Assembly: GCA_947623755.1 (NCBI GenBank)
Contig: CANQHB010000001.1
Location: 1-33,404, forward strand
Reading direction: 5' to 3'
DNA: 33,404 bases
From: an uncultured Bacilli bacterium
Lineage (GTDB): Bacteria > Bacillota_I > Bacilli_A > RF39 > UBA660
Each line of letters begins with the position of its first letter. Position 1 is the stretch's first letter. Below the pieces are notes generated by a model that was not told the DNA's origin, searched no databases, and worked only from the letters and a program-made list of their open reading frames with translations. Positions 20,835 to 30,600 of the stretch are shown piece by piece. A program made the position numbers and the translations under genes.

Positions 20835-21319
20835 TGTTTCACGTGAAACATTATTTCTCACTCTCTTGCTAAATTATCCTTTCAAGAATAATCTAAATAA
20901 CATAAAACTATTTTGATTCATGTTTTAAAAATGTAAATAACTAAAAACTTACTAACAATGTTTCACGTGAAACATTGTTTTAATATTCAAACTAAAAATT
21001 TATTAATAATTATTTATTTAATAAAAAATTAAATTAAAAAAATAAATAAACAAAATTTAAAATTCATTTTTAAATATAAATTTATTAAATATAAAATATA
21101 ATAGAATAATATTTTATATTTTTTAAAATAAAAAATGAAAATTAATTTCAAATAAATTATTAACATTTCTAATGTTTCACGTGAAACATTAGAAATAACA
21201 AAATTAAATAAAAAATAGTTCAAAATTAATTAAAAAAATTAGCAAAAGTTACTCACAATGTTTCACGTGAAATCTTTAAAACTAAAAAAATGTCAAAAAT
21301 CAATGTTTCACGTGAAACA
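20835..21319. repeat. Cluster of five parS (ParB/Spo0J-binding) palindromes in an intergenic AT-rich spacer
   Basis: TGTTTCACGTGAAACA is perfect at 20835-20850, 20959-20974, 21173-21188 and 21304-21319; each extends to the 20-bp palindrome AATGTTTCACGTGAAACATT. A 2-mismatch copy, TGTTTCACGTGAAATC, lies at 21259-21274. This matches the Firmicute parS consensus. Confidence 0.85.
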
Positions 21320-21323
21320 TTAC

Positions 21324-21352
21324 TTGCAAATTTATTAAAAGTATGGTAAATT
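21324..21352 (+). promoter_or_regulatory. Promoter of the SRP RNA gene (TTGCAA-17-TGgTAAATT extended -10)
   Basis: The -35 is at 21324-21329 and the -10 at 21347-21352, with TG at 21344-21345. The predicted TSS is ~21359, the first base of the closing helix. Confidence 0.55.
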
Positions 21353-21358
21353 AATAAC

Positions 21359-21436
21359 GTGCAACAAATATATTGTAACCTGGTCAGAGTCGGAAGGCAG
21401 CAGCCACATCAATCCCTATTTGTGTGCACTTTTTTA
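21359..21436 (+). ncRNA. ffs: Small (4.5S-type) signal recognition particle RNA
   Basis: The conserved domain IV sequence is CCTGGTCAGAGTCGGAAGGCAGCAGCC, with a GGAA tetraloop. The closing helix pairs GTGCAACAAATA (21359-21370) with TATTTGTGTGCAC (21417-21429), followed by T6. In Bacilli the equivalent gene lies beside tadA/dnaX. Confidence 0.8.
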
Positions 21437-21450
21437 ATGGAGGAATAAAT

Positions 21451-21876
21451 ATGCCTGAAAAATATTTTCAAATTCTAATTAAATTAGCCGAGCAAGCTTA
21501 TGAGCATGATGAAGTTCCTATAAGTGCCATCTTAGTAAAAGATGATAAAATCATTGCTAAAGCTTATAATACTAAGGAATCTACTCATAATGTTACTAAT
21601 CATGCTGAAATGTTAGTAATAAAAAAAGCAAGTGGAAAATTAAAAACTTGGCACTTAGAAGATTGTGATATATATGTAACTTTAAAACCATGTCCTATGT
21701 GTGAATCAGCTTTAAAACAAGCCCACATAAGAAATGTTTATTATTTATTAGATAAATTAGATTATAAAAAAGAATATACTAAAACTAAAATAGTCAAAGC
21801 AAACATACGTACGCAAAAAGATGAATATTATCAATATTTAAAAGGCTTTTTTCAAAAGAAAAGAGACAAAAGCTAA
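21451..21876 (+). CDS. tadA: tRNA adenosine(34) deaminase TadA
   Basis: Deaminase zinc motifs HAEMLVI and PCPMCESAL. The ATG at 21451 follows GGAGGA; the ORF-track GTG at 21424 lies inside the SRP RNA. Confidence 0.88.
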   Translation: MPEKYFQILIKLAEQAYEHDEVPISAILVKDDKIIAKAYNTKESTHNVTNHAEMLVIKKASGKLKTWHLEDCDIYVTLKPCPMCESALKQAHIRNVYYLLDKLDYKKEYTKTKIVKANIRTQKDEYYQYLKGFFQKKRDKS

Positions 21877-21909
21877 TATATATGATATAATTAATATGGG
21901 TGAGTAAAA

Positions 21910-23598
21910 ATGGATTATAAAGTTCTTTATCGAAAATATCGTCCTGATGATTTTTCTAACATAATCGGTCAAGATTATATGATTTCCATTTTAAAGAATG
22001 CTATAAAAAAAGATAAAATTTCCCATGCTTATATTTTTTCTGGTCCTAGAGGTACCGGAAAAACTAGTACAGCGAAAGTTTTTGCCAAAGCTATTAACTG
22101 TGAAAATCCTGGCGAAAATGGCCCATGTAATGCTTGTGAATCTTGTCTTAATTTTAAAGATAATGCGGATATTATCGAAATTGACGCCGCTTCCAATAAT
22201 GGTGTTGATGAAATTCGGGAAATAATTAATAATATTAAATTAGCCCCCGCTTATTCTAAATATAAAGTATATATTATCGATGAAGTTCATATGCTAAGTA
22301 CTAGTGCCTTCAATGCTTTATTATTAACGCTAGAAGAGCCTCCTAAACATGTAGTCTTTATTCTTGCCACGACCAATATTGAGGCAGTTCCTATCACTAT
22401 TTTATCGCGTTGTCAACGCTTTGATTTCCATAAAATCTCACTTACGGATATTGTTAAACGTCTTGAGTATGTTGTCTCCGAAGAAAATATTGCTATTGAC
22501 CATGACGCTTTAGAAGAAATTGCTTATATTAGTGATGGTGGTATGCGTGATGCCTTAAGCATTCTAGACCAGCTATCTAGCAATAATAGTAAAATTACCA
22601 TTAATGAAGTAATTTCCAACTTTGGTTCTGTTTCTAAAAAACAAATCCAAGACTTGTATGAACACATTGTTACGAATAATGTCGACCAATTTCTAGAAAT
22701 GATGGCCAAATTCAAGAACTTAGCTATTGATTATAAGCTTTTAATTCGAAAATTACTCGAACAAATTGAATTTGAAGCTATTAAAACGAAAAAAGATTAT
22801 AGTTATAAAGGTTTGTCTTACGAAAATTTACGGAACATGGCCTTTGAACTAGCCGAGATATCTAACTATGTTAATATAAATATCGACCCTTATCTTTTAA
22901 TTGAAATTACGTTATTAAAGTATTTCTCTAATTCGGATAATCAAAATATTAGTTCCGAACTTCCTAAATCAAGTTCTAAAAAAGAAAGTACTGTCGAAGT
23001 GCCAAGTCCTTCTCCTAAAAAAGAAGAACCTAAAAATACCATACCAACTCCTGAAGAATCTAAAGTCGAAGAAGTCCAAGAAGAACCGAAAGAACCGCCA
23101 AAACCAATTCTTCCAGCTTCATCTATAGAAGACGAGTACTATACCGAAATCATGAATATCCGAATAAATAATTGCTTTGTTAATGCTTCTAAGCAATATT
23201 TGCAAACGTTAAAAACTAATTGGCCTGATTTCATTAGTAGTATGACTAATAAAAAGATTTTAAACATTATTATTGATACAACCGTGGTCGCTGCTAGTGA
23301 TACTAATGTTATTATAACAGATGAAATCGATGGTACTGTTAACTTAATTAATAAAAATCTGGCGGAACTAGATAAATTATATGAAGAAAAATATCATACT
23401 CCATATCATTTTATTGCCCTAACGCCAACCCTTTGGCAAGAAAAACGAGCCATCTACATTGAAAATTTAAAAAATAATCAAAAATACGTATATCAAGAAG
23501 AACCTGAAAAAAAAACGCCTGAAATAAAAGAGGATATTTCACCTCTTGAAGAAACTGCTTATGCTATTTTTGATAAAGATAAAATTGAAATAAAATAA
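21910..23598 (+). CDS. dnaX: DNA polymerase III subunit gamma/tau
   Basis: HAYIFSGPRGTGKTS, zinc module CNACESCLNF, LLLTLEEPP and ILSRCQRFDF. It has a Pro/Glu/Lys-rich linker. Confidence 0.95.
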   Translation: MDYKVLYRKYRPDDFSNIIGQDYMISILKNAIKKDKISHAYIFSGPRGTGKTSTAKVFAKAINCENPGENGPCNACESCLNFKDNADIIEIDAASNNGVDEIREIINNIKLAPAYSKYKVYIIDEVHMLSTSAFNALLLTLEEPPKHVVFILATTNIEAVPITILSRCQRFDFHKISLTDIVKRLEYVVSEENIAIDHDALEEIAYISDGGMRDALSILDQLSSNNSKITINEVISNFGSVSKKQIQDLYEHIVTNNVDQFLEMMAKFKNLAIDYKLLIRKLLEQIEFEAIKTKKDYSYKGLSYENLRNMAFELAEISNYVNINIDPYLLIEITLLKYFSNSDNQNISSELPKSSSKKESTVEVPSPSPKKEEPKNTIPTPEESKVEEVQEEPKEPPKPILPASSIEDEYYTEIMNIRINNCFVNASKQYLQTLKTNWPDFISSMTNKKILNIIIDTTVVAASDTNVIITDEIDGTVNLINKNLAELDKLYEEKYHTPYHFIALTPTLWQEKRAIYIENLKNNQKYVYQEEPEKKTPEIKEDISPLEETAYAIFDKDKIEIK

Positions 23599-23616
23599 AG
23601 AAAGAAGGAAAAAAAT

Positions 23617-23913
23617 ATGAATATGCAAAATTTAATGGCGCAAGCCCAAAGAATGCAAAGAGAACTTACGAAAAAGAAAGAGGAAATTGATAATAGTCAA
23701 TTTGAAGGCACTTCCGAATGGGTAAAATTGACTATAAATGGTAAAAAAGAACTTCAAAGTATCAAGATTACCTATGAAAATCCTATTGATAATGATGATA
23801 AAGAAGCTCTTGAAGACATGATTAAAATAGCTCTTAATGAAGCTTGCCATAAAGTTGACCAAAAAACCGAAGAAGTAATGGGCGCTTATGGCCAATTAGG
23901 TGGTTTATTCTAA
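23617..23913 (+). CDS. ybaB: YbaB/EbfC-family nucleoid-associated protein
   Basis: 98 aa with N-terminus MQNLMAQAQRMQ. It holds the conserved dnaX-ybaB-recR position. Confidence 0.88.
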   Translation: MNMQNLMAQAQRMQRELTKKKEEIDNSQFEGTSEWVKLTINGKKELQSIKITYENPIDNDDKEALEDMIKIALNEACHKVDQKTEEVMGAYGQLGGLF

Positions 23914-24515
23914 TGCATTATCCCAAAGATTTAGAACATTTAATTAGTTATTATGCAAAACTTCCCGGTATTGGTGAAAAAAGTGCCGAACGCTTAGCCA
24001 TTGCTACGATGGAATTTAAAGATGAAGAAATAAAAGAATTTAGTGAAGTACTAATAAATGCTAAAAAAAATCTCGTCCGTTGTAGTATTTGTGGCCATAT
24101 TACCGATAATGAAATCTGCGATATTTGCCGGGATGAAAGCCGTAATAAGAATATTATTTGTGTTGTAGAAGACTATAAAAATGTTTTTGCTTTTGAAAAA
24201 TCTGGCAAATTTAATGGTACTTATCATGTCTTAAATGGTCTCATCTCGCCCATAGATGATATTGGCCCTGATGACATTAATCTAAATAGCCTCGTAACTC
24301 GCGTCTCTTCTCTTGATAAACCCGAATTAATATTAGCCTTAAAACCTACAATTGAAGGGGAAGCTACCACATTATATATTAAAAAAATTCTCGAAAATGA
24401 AAAAGTAACCATTTCACGTCTTGCTTATGGTATCCCAATTGGCGCTGAAATTGATTATTTAGATAATGTTACATTAGAAAAAGCCCTTGAAGATAGGAAA
24501 AAAATTTCAGATTAA
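23913..24515 (+). CDS. recR: Recombination protein RecR
   Basis: HhH region LPGIGEKSAERLA, C4 zinc finger CSICGHITDNEICDIC and Toprim ICVVEDYKNVFAFEKSG. Confidence 0.95.
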   Translation: MHYPKDLEHLISYYAKLPGIGEKSAERLAIATMEFKDEEIKEFSEVLINAKKNLVRCSICGHITDNEICDICRDESRNKNIICVVEDYKNVFAFEKSGKFNGTYHVLNGLISPIDDIGPDDINLNSLVTRVSSLDKPELILALKPTIEGEATTLYIKKILENEKVTISRLAYGIPIGAEIDYLDNVTLEKALEDRKKISD

Positions 24516-24558
24516 AGCATAAATAAACCGCTCTATCATATAATTTAGTGTGATAACT

Positions 24559-24744
24559 ATGGGAAAAATGATTATAAAATTAGTAAAAAAGTTATGTCTA
24601 GCCTTTGTTATGCTCTATGGTATTAATCTTATTTTAACGGGAGTAAATATTTTTATTCCCATTAATTTAATTACTTTAGCTCTCGTAACTTTTCTAGGAA
24701 CTCCTAGTATTATTGGCCTAGTTGTTATCTTTTTTCTAATTTAG
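24559..24744 (+). CDS. bofA: BofA-like small membrane protein (pro-sigma-K processing inhibitor family)
   Basis: Two predicted TM segments. IPINLITLALVTFLGTPSIIGLVV resembles the BofA C-terminal motif, and its position after recR matches B. subtilis. The start is uncertain: GTG 24550, ATG 24559 or ATG 24568. Confidence 0.5.
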   Translation: MGKMIIKLVKKLCLAFVMLYGINLILTGVNIFIPINLITLALVTFLGTPSIIGLVVIFFLI

Positions 24745-24758
24745 TAAGAAGGTGTAAA

Positions 24759-25619
24759 ATGAATTCTGCATTATTAGAAGAATTAATAACTAAATATCGT
24801 GAGAATAAACTTGCTCACGCTTATTTAATTGAAACAAATAACTTAACCGCGGCTTTAGAAGATTTAAAAGAAGTTATCAAAAACCTTAATTGTCCCCATA
24901 CTTATCAAACTAATTGTCATGATTGTAACTTGTGTAATTTAATAAATTTAAGTAATCTTCCAAGTTTAAAAATAATTGAACCGGATGGGCCTTTCATAAA
25001 AAAGAATCAAATCGAAGAACTAAAAAGTGATTTTGCAAGCATTCCTTTATATAGTCGGTATAATATTTATATCCTTAAAAATGCTGAAAAACTAAATTCC
25101 AGTAGTGCAAATGCCATGCTTAAATTTGTCGAAGAACCAACCCCCGGGATTATTGGCTTTTTTCTTACCACTAATAAAGATATAATGATTGATACGATAA
25201 AAAGTCGTTGTCAAAGCTATACGCTAAACTATCCGGTAAATACTCTTCAAGAATCTTTAAATTTAGATGATGAAACTTACCATTCTTATCTTGATTTTGT
25301 TAAAAACTATCTTGATTATATCTTCTCATCTAATATTATTAATCATAAAAATATTTTTTTAAACCAATACAGTGACCGTCATGATATCGAAATAATTTTT
25401 AAGCTTATTTTAGCTATCTATCATGAACATTTTTTAAAATTAACTAATAGGTCCTATCAATCTGATATTATAAATATATACCCTTTAACTGCAAATATAC
25501 CAGAAATTATCAAAAAAATGCAGATTATTAGTCAATTTTTAACAAATTTGCGTTATAATGTAAGTGTTGAATTAATTTTAGATAAATTTGTTCTAGAAAT
25601 GCGAGGAAATTATGAATAA
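24759..25619 (+). CDS. holB: DNA polymerase III delta-prime subunit
   Basis: LAHAYLIE, MLKFVEEPTPG and IKSRCQSY. Confidence 0.85.
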   Translation: MNSALLEELITKYRENKLAHAYLIETNNLTAALEDLKEVIKNLNCPHTYQTNCHDCNLCNLINLSNLPSLKIIEPDGPFIKKNQIEELKSDFASIPLYSRYNIYILKNAEKLNSSSANAMLKFVEEPTPGIIGFFLTTNKDIMIDTIKSRCQSYTLNYPVNTLQESLNLDDETYHSYLDFVKNYLDYIFSSNIINHKNIFLNQYSDRHDIEIIFKLILAIYHEHFLKLTNRSYQSDIINIYPLTANIPEIIKKMQIISQFLTNLRYNVSVELILDKFVLEMRGNYE

Positions 25620-26424
25620 TGAAAATAATTACTATATCTATGGCGTAAACTTTAAAGATAATGGTAAAATCTATAATTTTAAAAGTCGTGTTAAATGTCC
25701 CATTAATGTTACTGTTATAACTGAAACGGAAAAAGGGGAACAATTCGGCAAAGTTGTAAGTCAAATTGATAATAGTGTAATAAAAAATATTGATGAACTA
25801 CGCGATATCATTAGAATATCGACCAAATCCGATTATGACCAACATTTACATAATTTAAAAGACGCCGAAAAAGCTTTAAGAGATTGTCGTAATTTAGTGA
25901 AAGAATTAAATTTAGATATGAAAGTCATTAATGCCAATTTTACTTTTGACCGTAAACAACTAATTTTTAATTTCTTAGCCGATGAACGTATTGATTTTCG
26001 GGAACTTGCCAAAAAACTAGCCGCTATTTATCGCACAAGAATTGAACTTCGCCAAATTGGAGCTCGTGATAAAGCTCGAGAAATTGGGGGAGTCGGCGCT
26101 TGTGGTCGTCGCATTTGCTGTGCCAATTTCTTAAGTCATATTGATTCTGTTTCTATGAACATGGCTAAAAATCAAGGCCTTGCCTTAAATCCATCTAAAA
26201 TTAATGGTTTATGTGGTCGTCTTTTATGTTGTTTAACCTATGAAGATGATGAATATATTTCTTGTAATAAAGATATGCCGGAACTAGGAGATATTGTTGC
26301 AACTCCTAAAGGGAAAGGCGAAGTTGTAAGTAAAGATATCTTAAATCGCACCTATAAAGTGCTAGTCGAAAATGAAAAAGTCGAAGTATCCTTAGGAGAG
26401 TGTCCTCGTGCCTGTCCTAAATGA
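25612..26424 (+). CDS. ricT: PSP1-domain protein YaaT/RicT (stage 0 sporulation / RNase Y regulator family)
   Basis: PSP1 C-terminal region with Cys clusters GACGRRICCANFL and LCGRLLCCLTYE. Synteny holB-yaaT. Confidence 0.85.
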   Translation: MNNENNYYIYGVNFKDNGKIYNFKSRVKCPINVTVITETEKGEQFGKVVSQIDNSVIKNIDELRDIIRISTKSDYDQHLHNLKDAEKALRDCRNLVKELNLDMKVINANFTFDRKQLIFNFLADERIDFRELAKKLAAIYRTRIELRQIGARDKAREIGGVGACGRRICCANFLSHIDSVSMNMAKNQGLALNPSKINGLCGRLLCCLTYEDDEYISCNKDMPELGDIVATPKGKGEVVSKDILNRTYKVLVENEKVEVSLGECPRACPK

Positions 26425-27115
26425 TTTATATGATTATGGCTTAAAAATTTATCAAGATGAAGATTCTTTTAAATTTTCTCTTGATTCTTTATTATTGGCC
26501 GAATTTACGGAGGTTTCTAATAAGCCAACTAAACTTTTAGATTTATGTACCGGTAATGCACCTTTACCTTTAATATTAGCAAGCACTCATCCCCATTTAA
26601 CCATAACAGGCCTGGAGATTCAAGAAGTTATCGCCGCTTTAGCCGAAAAAAGTATTGCTTATAATAATCTATCTAGCCAAATTACGATTTTAAATATCAA
26701 TGCCAAATCGGCCAAAGATTATTTCCCGGGAAATAATTTTGATATCATTACCTGTAATCCTCCCTTTTTTAAAACCACGGCTACCTCTCTTTTAAACGCC
26801 AATCAAATAAAAGCCATCGCTCGTCATGAGCTAACCATAACTCTTGCTGATATCATCGATATTGCATCTTATCTCTTAAAAGATAGGGGAGCTTTCTATT
26901 TAGTTCATCGTCCTGAACGCATAGAAGAAATCATATCTTTAGCCAGTAATAAGTCCTTACGCTTAAAAAAAGTAATATTTATTTATCCAAAACCCGAAGA
27001 ATGTGCTATAATGGTATTGCTTAAATTTGTTAAAAACGGGCAAATTGGCACCAAAGTCGCAAGTAAAATAGTTAATCGCGATACTAAAACATATCAAAAT
27101 ATCTTTAGAAATTAG
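26408..27115 (+). CDS. trmN6: tRNA1(Val) (adenine(37)-N6)-methyltransferase-like SAM-dependent methyltransferase (YabB/TrmN6 family)
   Basis: Motif I LLDLCTGNAPLPL and motif IV CNPPFF. The GTG start lies 7 nt after GGAGAG. Confidence 0.7.
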   Translation: MPVLNDLYDYGLKIYQDEDSFKFSLDSLLLAEFTEVSNKPTKLLDLCTGNAPLPLILASTHPHLTITGLEIQEVIAALAEKSIAYNNLSSQITILNINAKSAKDYFPGNNFDIITCNPPFFKTTATSLLNANQIKAIARHELTITLADIIDIASYLLKDRGAFYLVHRPERIEEIISLASNKSLRLKKVIFIYPKPEECAIMVLLKFVKNGQIGTKVASKIVNRDTKTYQNIFRN

Positions 27116-27124
27116 GTGATTTTA

Positions 27125-27688
27125 ATGAAATTAATAATTGGTCTTGGTAATCCCGGCCCCGAATATGCTAATACTAGACATAATATAGGTTTTATGGTCC
27201 TAGACAATTATCTTAATGCGGATACCAAACCCTGGCAAAATAAATTCTTAGCTCAAATAAAAGAACAAACAGTTGCTCAGGAAAAAGTAATATTTGTAAA
27301 ACCCCAAACCTTCATGAACCTTTCAGGCAGTAGTGTGGCCAAGATTGTTAATTTTTATAAAATATCCCCCGAAGATATTTTAGTTATTCAAGATGATTTA
27401 GACCTTCCTCTAGGGCATTATCGTCTAAAATGTCATAGTTCTAGTGGGGGTCATAATGGCATTAAGTCTATTATTGAATGCCTAAACACTACGGATTTTG
27501 CTCGCTTAAAAATTGGAGTATCCAAAAACAATTTGATTGCCACGAAGGATTATGTTTTAGGTAAATTTACCTCTTCAGAACTAGAAGCCATAACTTCTAA
27601 TTATGATACCTATAATGCCATTATAAATGATTTTATTAATGGTTATAATATAAATAATCTAATGAATAAATATAATGGGCAGGGCTAA
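27125..27688 (+). CDS. pth: Peptidyl-tRNA hydrolase
   Basis: GLGNPGPEYANTRHNIGF and GGHNGIKSI. The ATG at 27125 follows AGGTGA; the ORF-track GTG at 27116 lies inside the RBS. Confidence 0.93.
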   Translation: MKLIIGLGNPGPEYANTRHNIGFMVLDNYLNADTKPWQNKFLAQIKEQTVAQEKVIFVKPQTFMNLSGSSVAKIVNFYKISPEDILVIQDDLDLPLGHYRLKCHSSSGGHNGIKSIIECLNTTDFARLKIGVSKNNLIATKDYVLGKFTSSELEAITSNYDTYNAIINDFINGYNINNLMNKYNGQG

Positions 27689-27691
27689 ACA

Positions 27692-30600
27692 ATGGATTTT
27701 TTAACTAATTATTTTAAATATGACAATAATTTAACTATAACCGGTCTAACTCCTACGTTAGCCCATTTTTACGTGTCTAAATTATTTGCCACCAAAAACC
27801 AAAATATTCTCGTCTTAACTTCTACTTTATATGAAGCAAACGAATTATATCGTGGTATTAAAAATTTTGTTAATAATACCTATTTATTTCCAATGGATGA
27901 TTTTTTAACCAGTAAAGCCCTCGCTATATCTCCCGAATTAAAAACTAATCGTATTGAAACTTTAGAAGCTATAAAAGACCATAAAGGAATAATTGTTACT
28001 AATCTTATGGGTTATTTAAAATTCTTAACTGATACTAACGTCCAAAATAAATTAAATATTAAACTAAGTAAAAATATGGACATTAATCGAAATAAATTAA
28101 TTGAAATTTTAGAAGAATTAGGCTATAAACGCGAAACTATTGTAACCACCACTGGCGAATATGCGATAAGAGGTTTTGTTATTGATATTTTTGTTACTTT
28201 AAGCGACCATCCTATCCGTTTAGAATTTTTTGGTAATACGATTGAGTCTATTCGCTATTTTGATGAAGAAACCCAAATGTCTATTTCTGAAATTGAAAGC
28301 ATTATTTTAATACCTAATGGTGAAATAAAAACCGCTAAAAATTCTTCACTATTTGATTATTGCGCTAATCCTATCGTCGTCGCCGTCGATGAAAACCGTC
28401 TTAAAGCTAGTTACCAAAAACTTGAAGAAGAAATGTTTGAATACCGCGTTTCTAAAGATTTAGACCCCAATACTAAATTTATGTTTTCTCCTAGTGATAT
28501 TCCGGTTAAATATACAATCTATCTTAATTTTATTGATAATAAAAAAACAGCTAATTCTCTTAATTTTACCAGCCAAACTTTAACTAACTTTAATTCTGAT
28601 TTTACGCGTCTAAAAGAAGCGACGAAAGTCTGGTATAATAAAGGCTATGAAATAATTTTCTATTTATCTAAACCCAATCAAATCAAAATAATAAAAGAAG
28701 AAATTGAAGTGCCTTATAAAGTCTATAATTCTTACTTAGAAAAAGGTTTCATCTTCGATAAACATGTTGTTATTTCGGAAAATGATATCGAAAACATTGC
28801 GAAAAAAGAAATAAGGTATAAAAATTCCTATAAAATTGGTCGGAAAATAAAAGATATAAATAGTCTTAATATTGGGGATTATGTTGTTCATATGGCTCAT
28901 GGAATTGGTATTTATAATGGCCTTAAAACTCTTACCCAAAATGGTCTTGCAAAGGATTATATCGAAATATTATATGATGGTAATGATAAAGTATATGTAC
29001 CAGTCGAAAAGATGAATACGATTTTAAAATATGCCAGTAAAGATGGCCTAAAACCAAAAATTAATAAATTAAACTCTACTTCTTGGGCTAAAACCAAACG
29101 AAGTGTTGCCAAACGTATTAAAGATATTTCCGAAGAATTATTAAAATTATATGCCGCTCGTCTAGCCATGAAAAAAGATGCCTATGAATCTAACCCTATG
29201 GAAGCAGAATTTGCCCAATCTTTTGAATATATTCCCACTAAAGACCAGGAAAAAGCTATCGCCGAAATATCTAAAGATTTATCAAGTCCTGTACCTATGG
29301 ACCGTCTTTTATGTGGTGACGTTGGCTTTGGTAAAACCGAAGTTGCTTTCCGGGCTATGTTTAAAACTGTCTTAAATAATAAACAAGTCTTTTACTTATG
29401 TCCTACCACTATTTTATCCAAACAACAATATACTTCCGCTTTAAATCGTTTTAAAGATTATCCTCTAAATATTGCTTTATTAAATCGTTTTACTTCTCCA
29501 AAAGATACTAAGCAAATCTTAGCGGATTTACAAAATGGTAAAATCGATATTGTTTTTGGTACTCATCGTTTATTAAGTGATGACGTTAAATTCCAAAAAT
29601 TAGGACTTTTAATTGTGGATGAGGAGCAGCGGTTTGGTGTAACGCATAAAGAAAAGATTAAATCTTTAAAAAATGATATTAACGTCTTAACTTTATCGGC
29701 GACCCCCATTCCTCGGACTTTAAAAATGGCCATGTCTGGCCTTCGGGATTTATCAATTATTGATACAGCCCCCGTAAATAGATATCCCATCCAAACTTAC
29801 GTCTTAGCAAATGAAGACTTAATAGTGAAAGACGCTATATATAAAGAATTATCCCGTAAAGGTCAAATATTTGTCTTATATAATAATATTGAAGGCTTAG
29901 ATAGTATTATTAGAAAATTATCTACTTTAGCCCCTGAAGCTCGTATTGTCAGGGCTCATGGTCGCATGACCAAACAAGAACTTGAAAATATTATGCAAGA
30001 CTTTATCGATTATAAATATGATATTCTAGTTTGCACCACCATTATTGAAACCGGTATTGATATTCCTAATGCTAATACTTTAATTGTTTATAACGCCGAC
30101 CACTTTGGTCTTGCTCAGTTATACCAAATTCGGGGTCGAGTAGGGCGGTCTAATAAAATTGCTTATGCTTATCTTTTATATGATAAAAGTAAAGTCCTAA
30201 ATGAAACGGCCATTAAAAGATTAGACGCCATTAAAGAATTTACCGAACTCGGAAGTGGTTATCGTATTGCCATGCGTGATTTAGCCATTCGTGGTGCCGG
30301 TGATATTTTAGGAAGTGAACAAGCGGGTTTTGTTGATTCTGTAGGAATTAACTTGTACATGCAAATGATTGAAGAAGAAATGCGCCGTTTAAAAGGCGAA
30401 GAAGTAAAGGAAGATACCAGCAAAACTGCACTTATAAATGTTGCTACCCACATTGCGGATGACTATGTCTTAGATGATGAACTAAAAATAGAAATTCATA
30501 ATAAAATAAATGAAGTCTCATCTAAAGAAAGTTTTGACCGTATCAAACATGAATTAGAAGACCGCTTTGGTAAATTAAATGAAGATATTTTAATCTATAT

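Noticed and set aside
21029-21223. 64-aa ORF in the gyrA-ffs spacer.
   Set aside because: It sits in ~5% GC DNA and spans a parS palindrome. Its translation is Ile/Phe/Lys/Asn/Tyr low-complexity. It is open only because AT-rich sequence happens to lack stops in one frame.
20835-21319. Possibility that the repeated 20-bp palindromes form a CRISPR array or a MITE.
   Set aside because: The spacing is irregular (124, 214, 86, 45 bp), and the repeats are perfect palindromes identical to the parS consensus. No cas genes are present. ParB-binding sites are the parsimonious reading.
22978-22984. A6G run (AAAAAAG) in dnaX near the domain III/linker boundary, reminiscent of the E. coli gamma/tau -1 frameshift site.
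   Set aside because: The A-run occupies two complete zero-frame Lys codons (AAA AAA G..), not the A AAA AAG register. The -1 frame stays open for roughly 50 codons instead of stopping at once, and no downstream stem-loop was seen.
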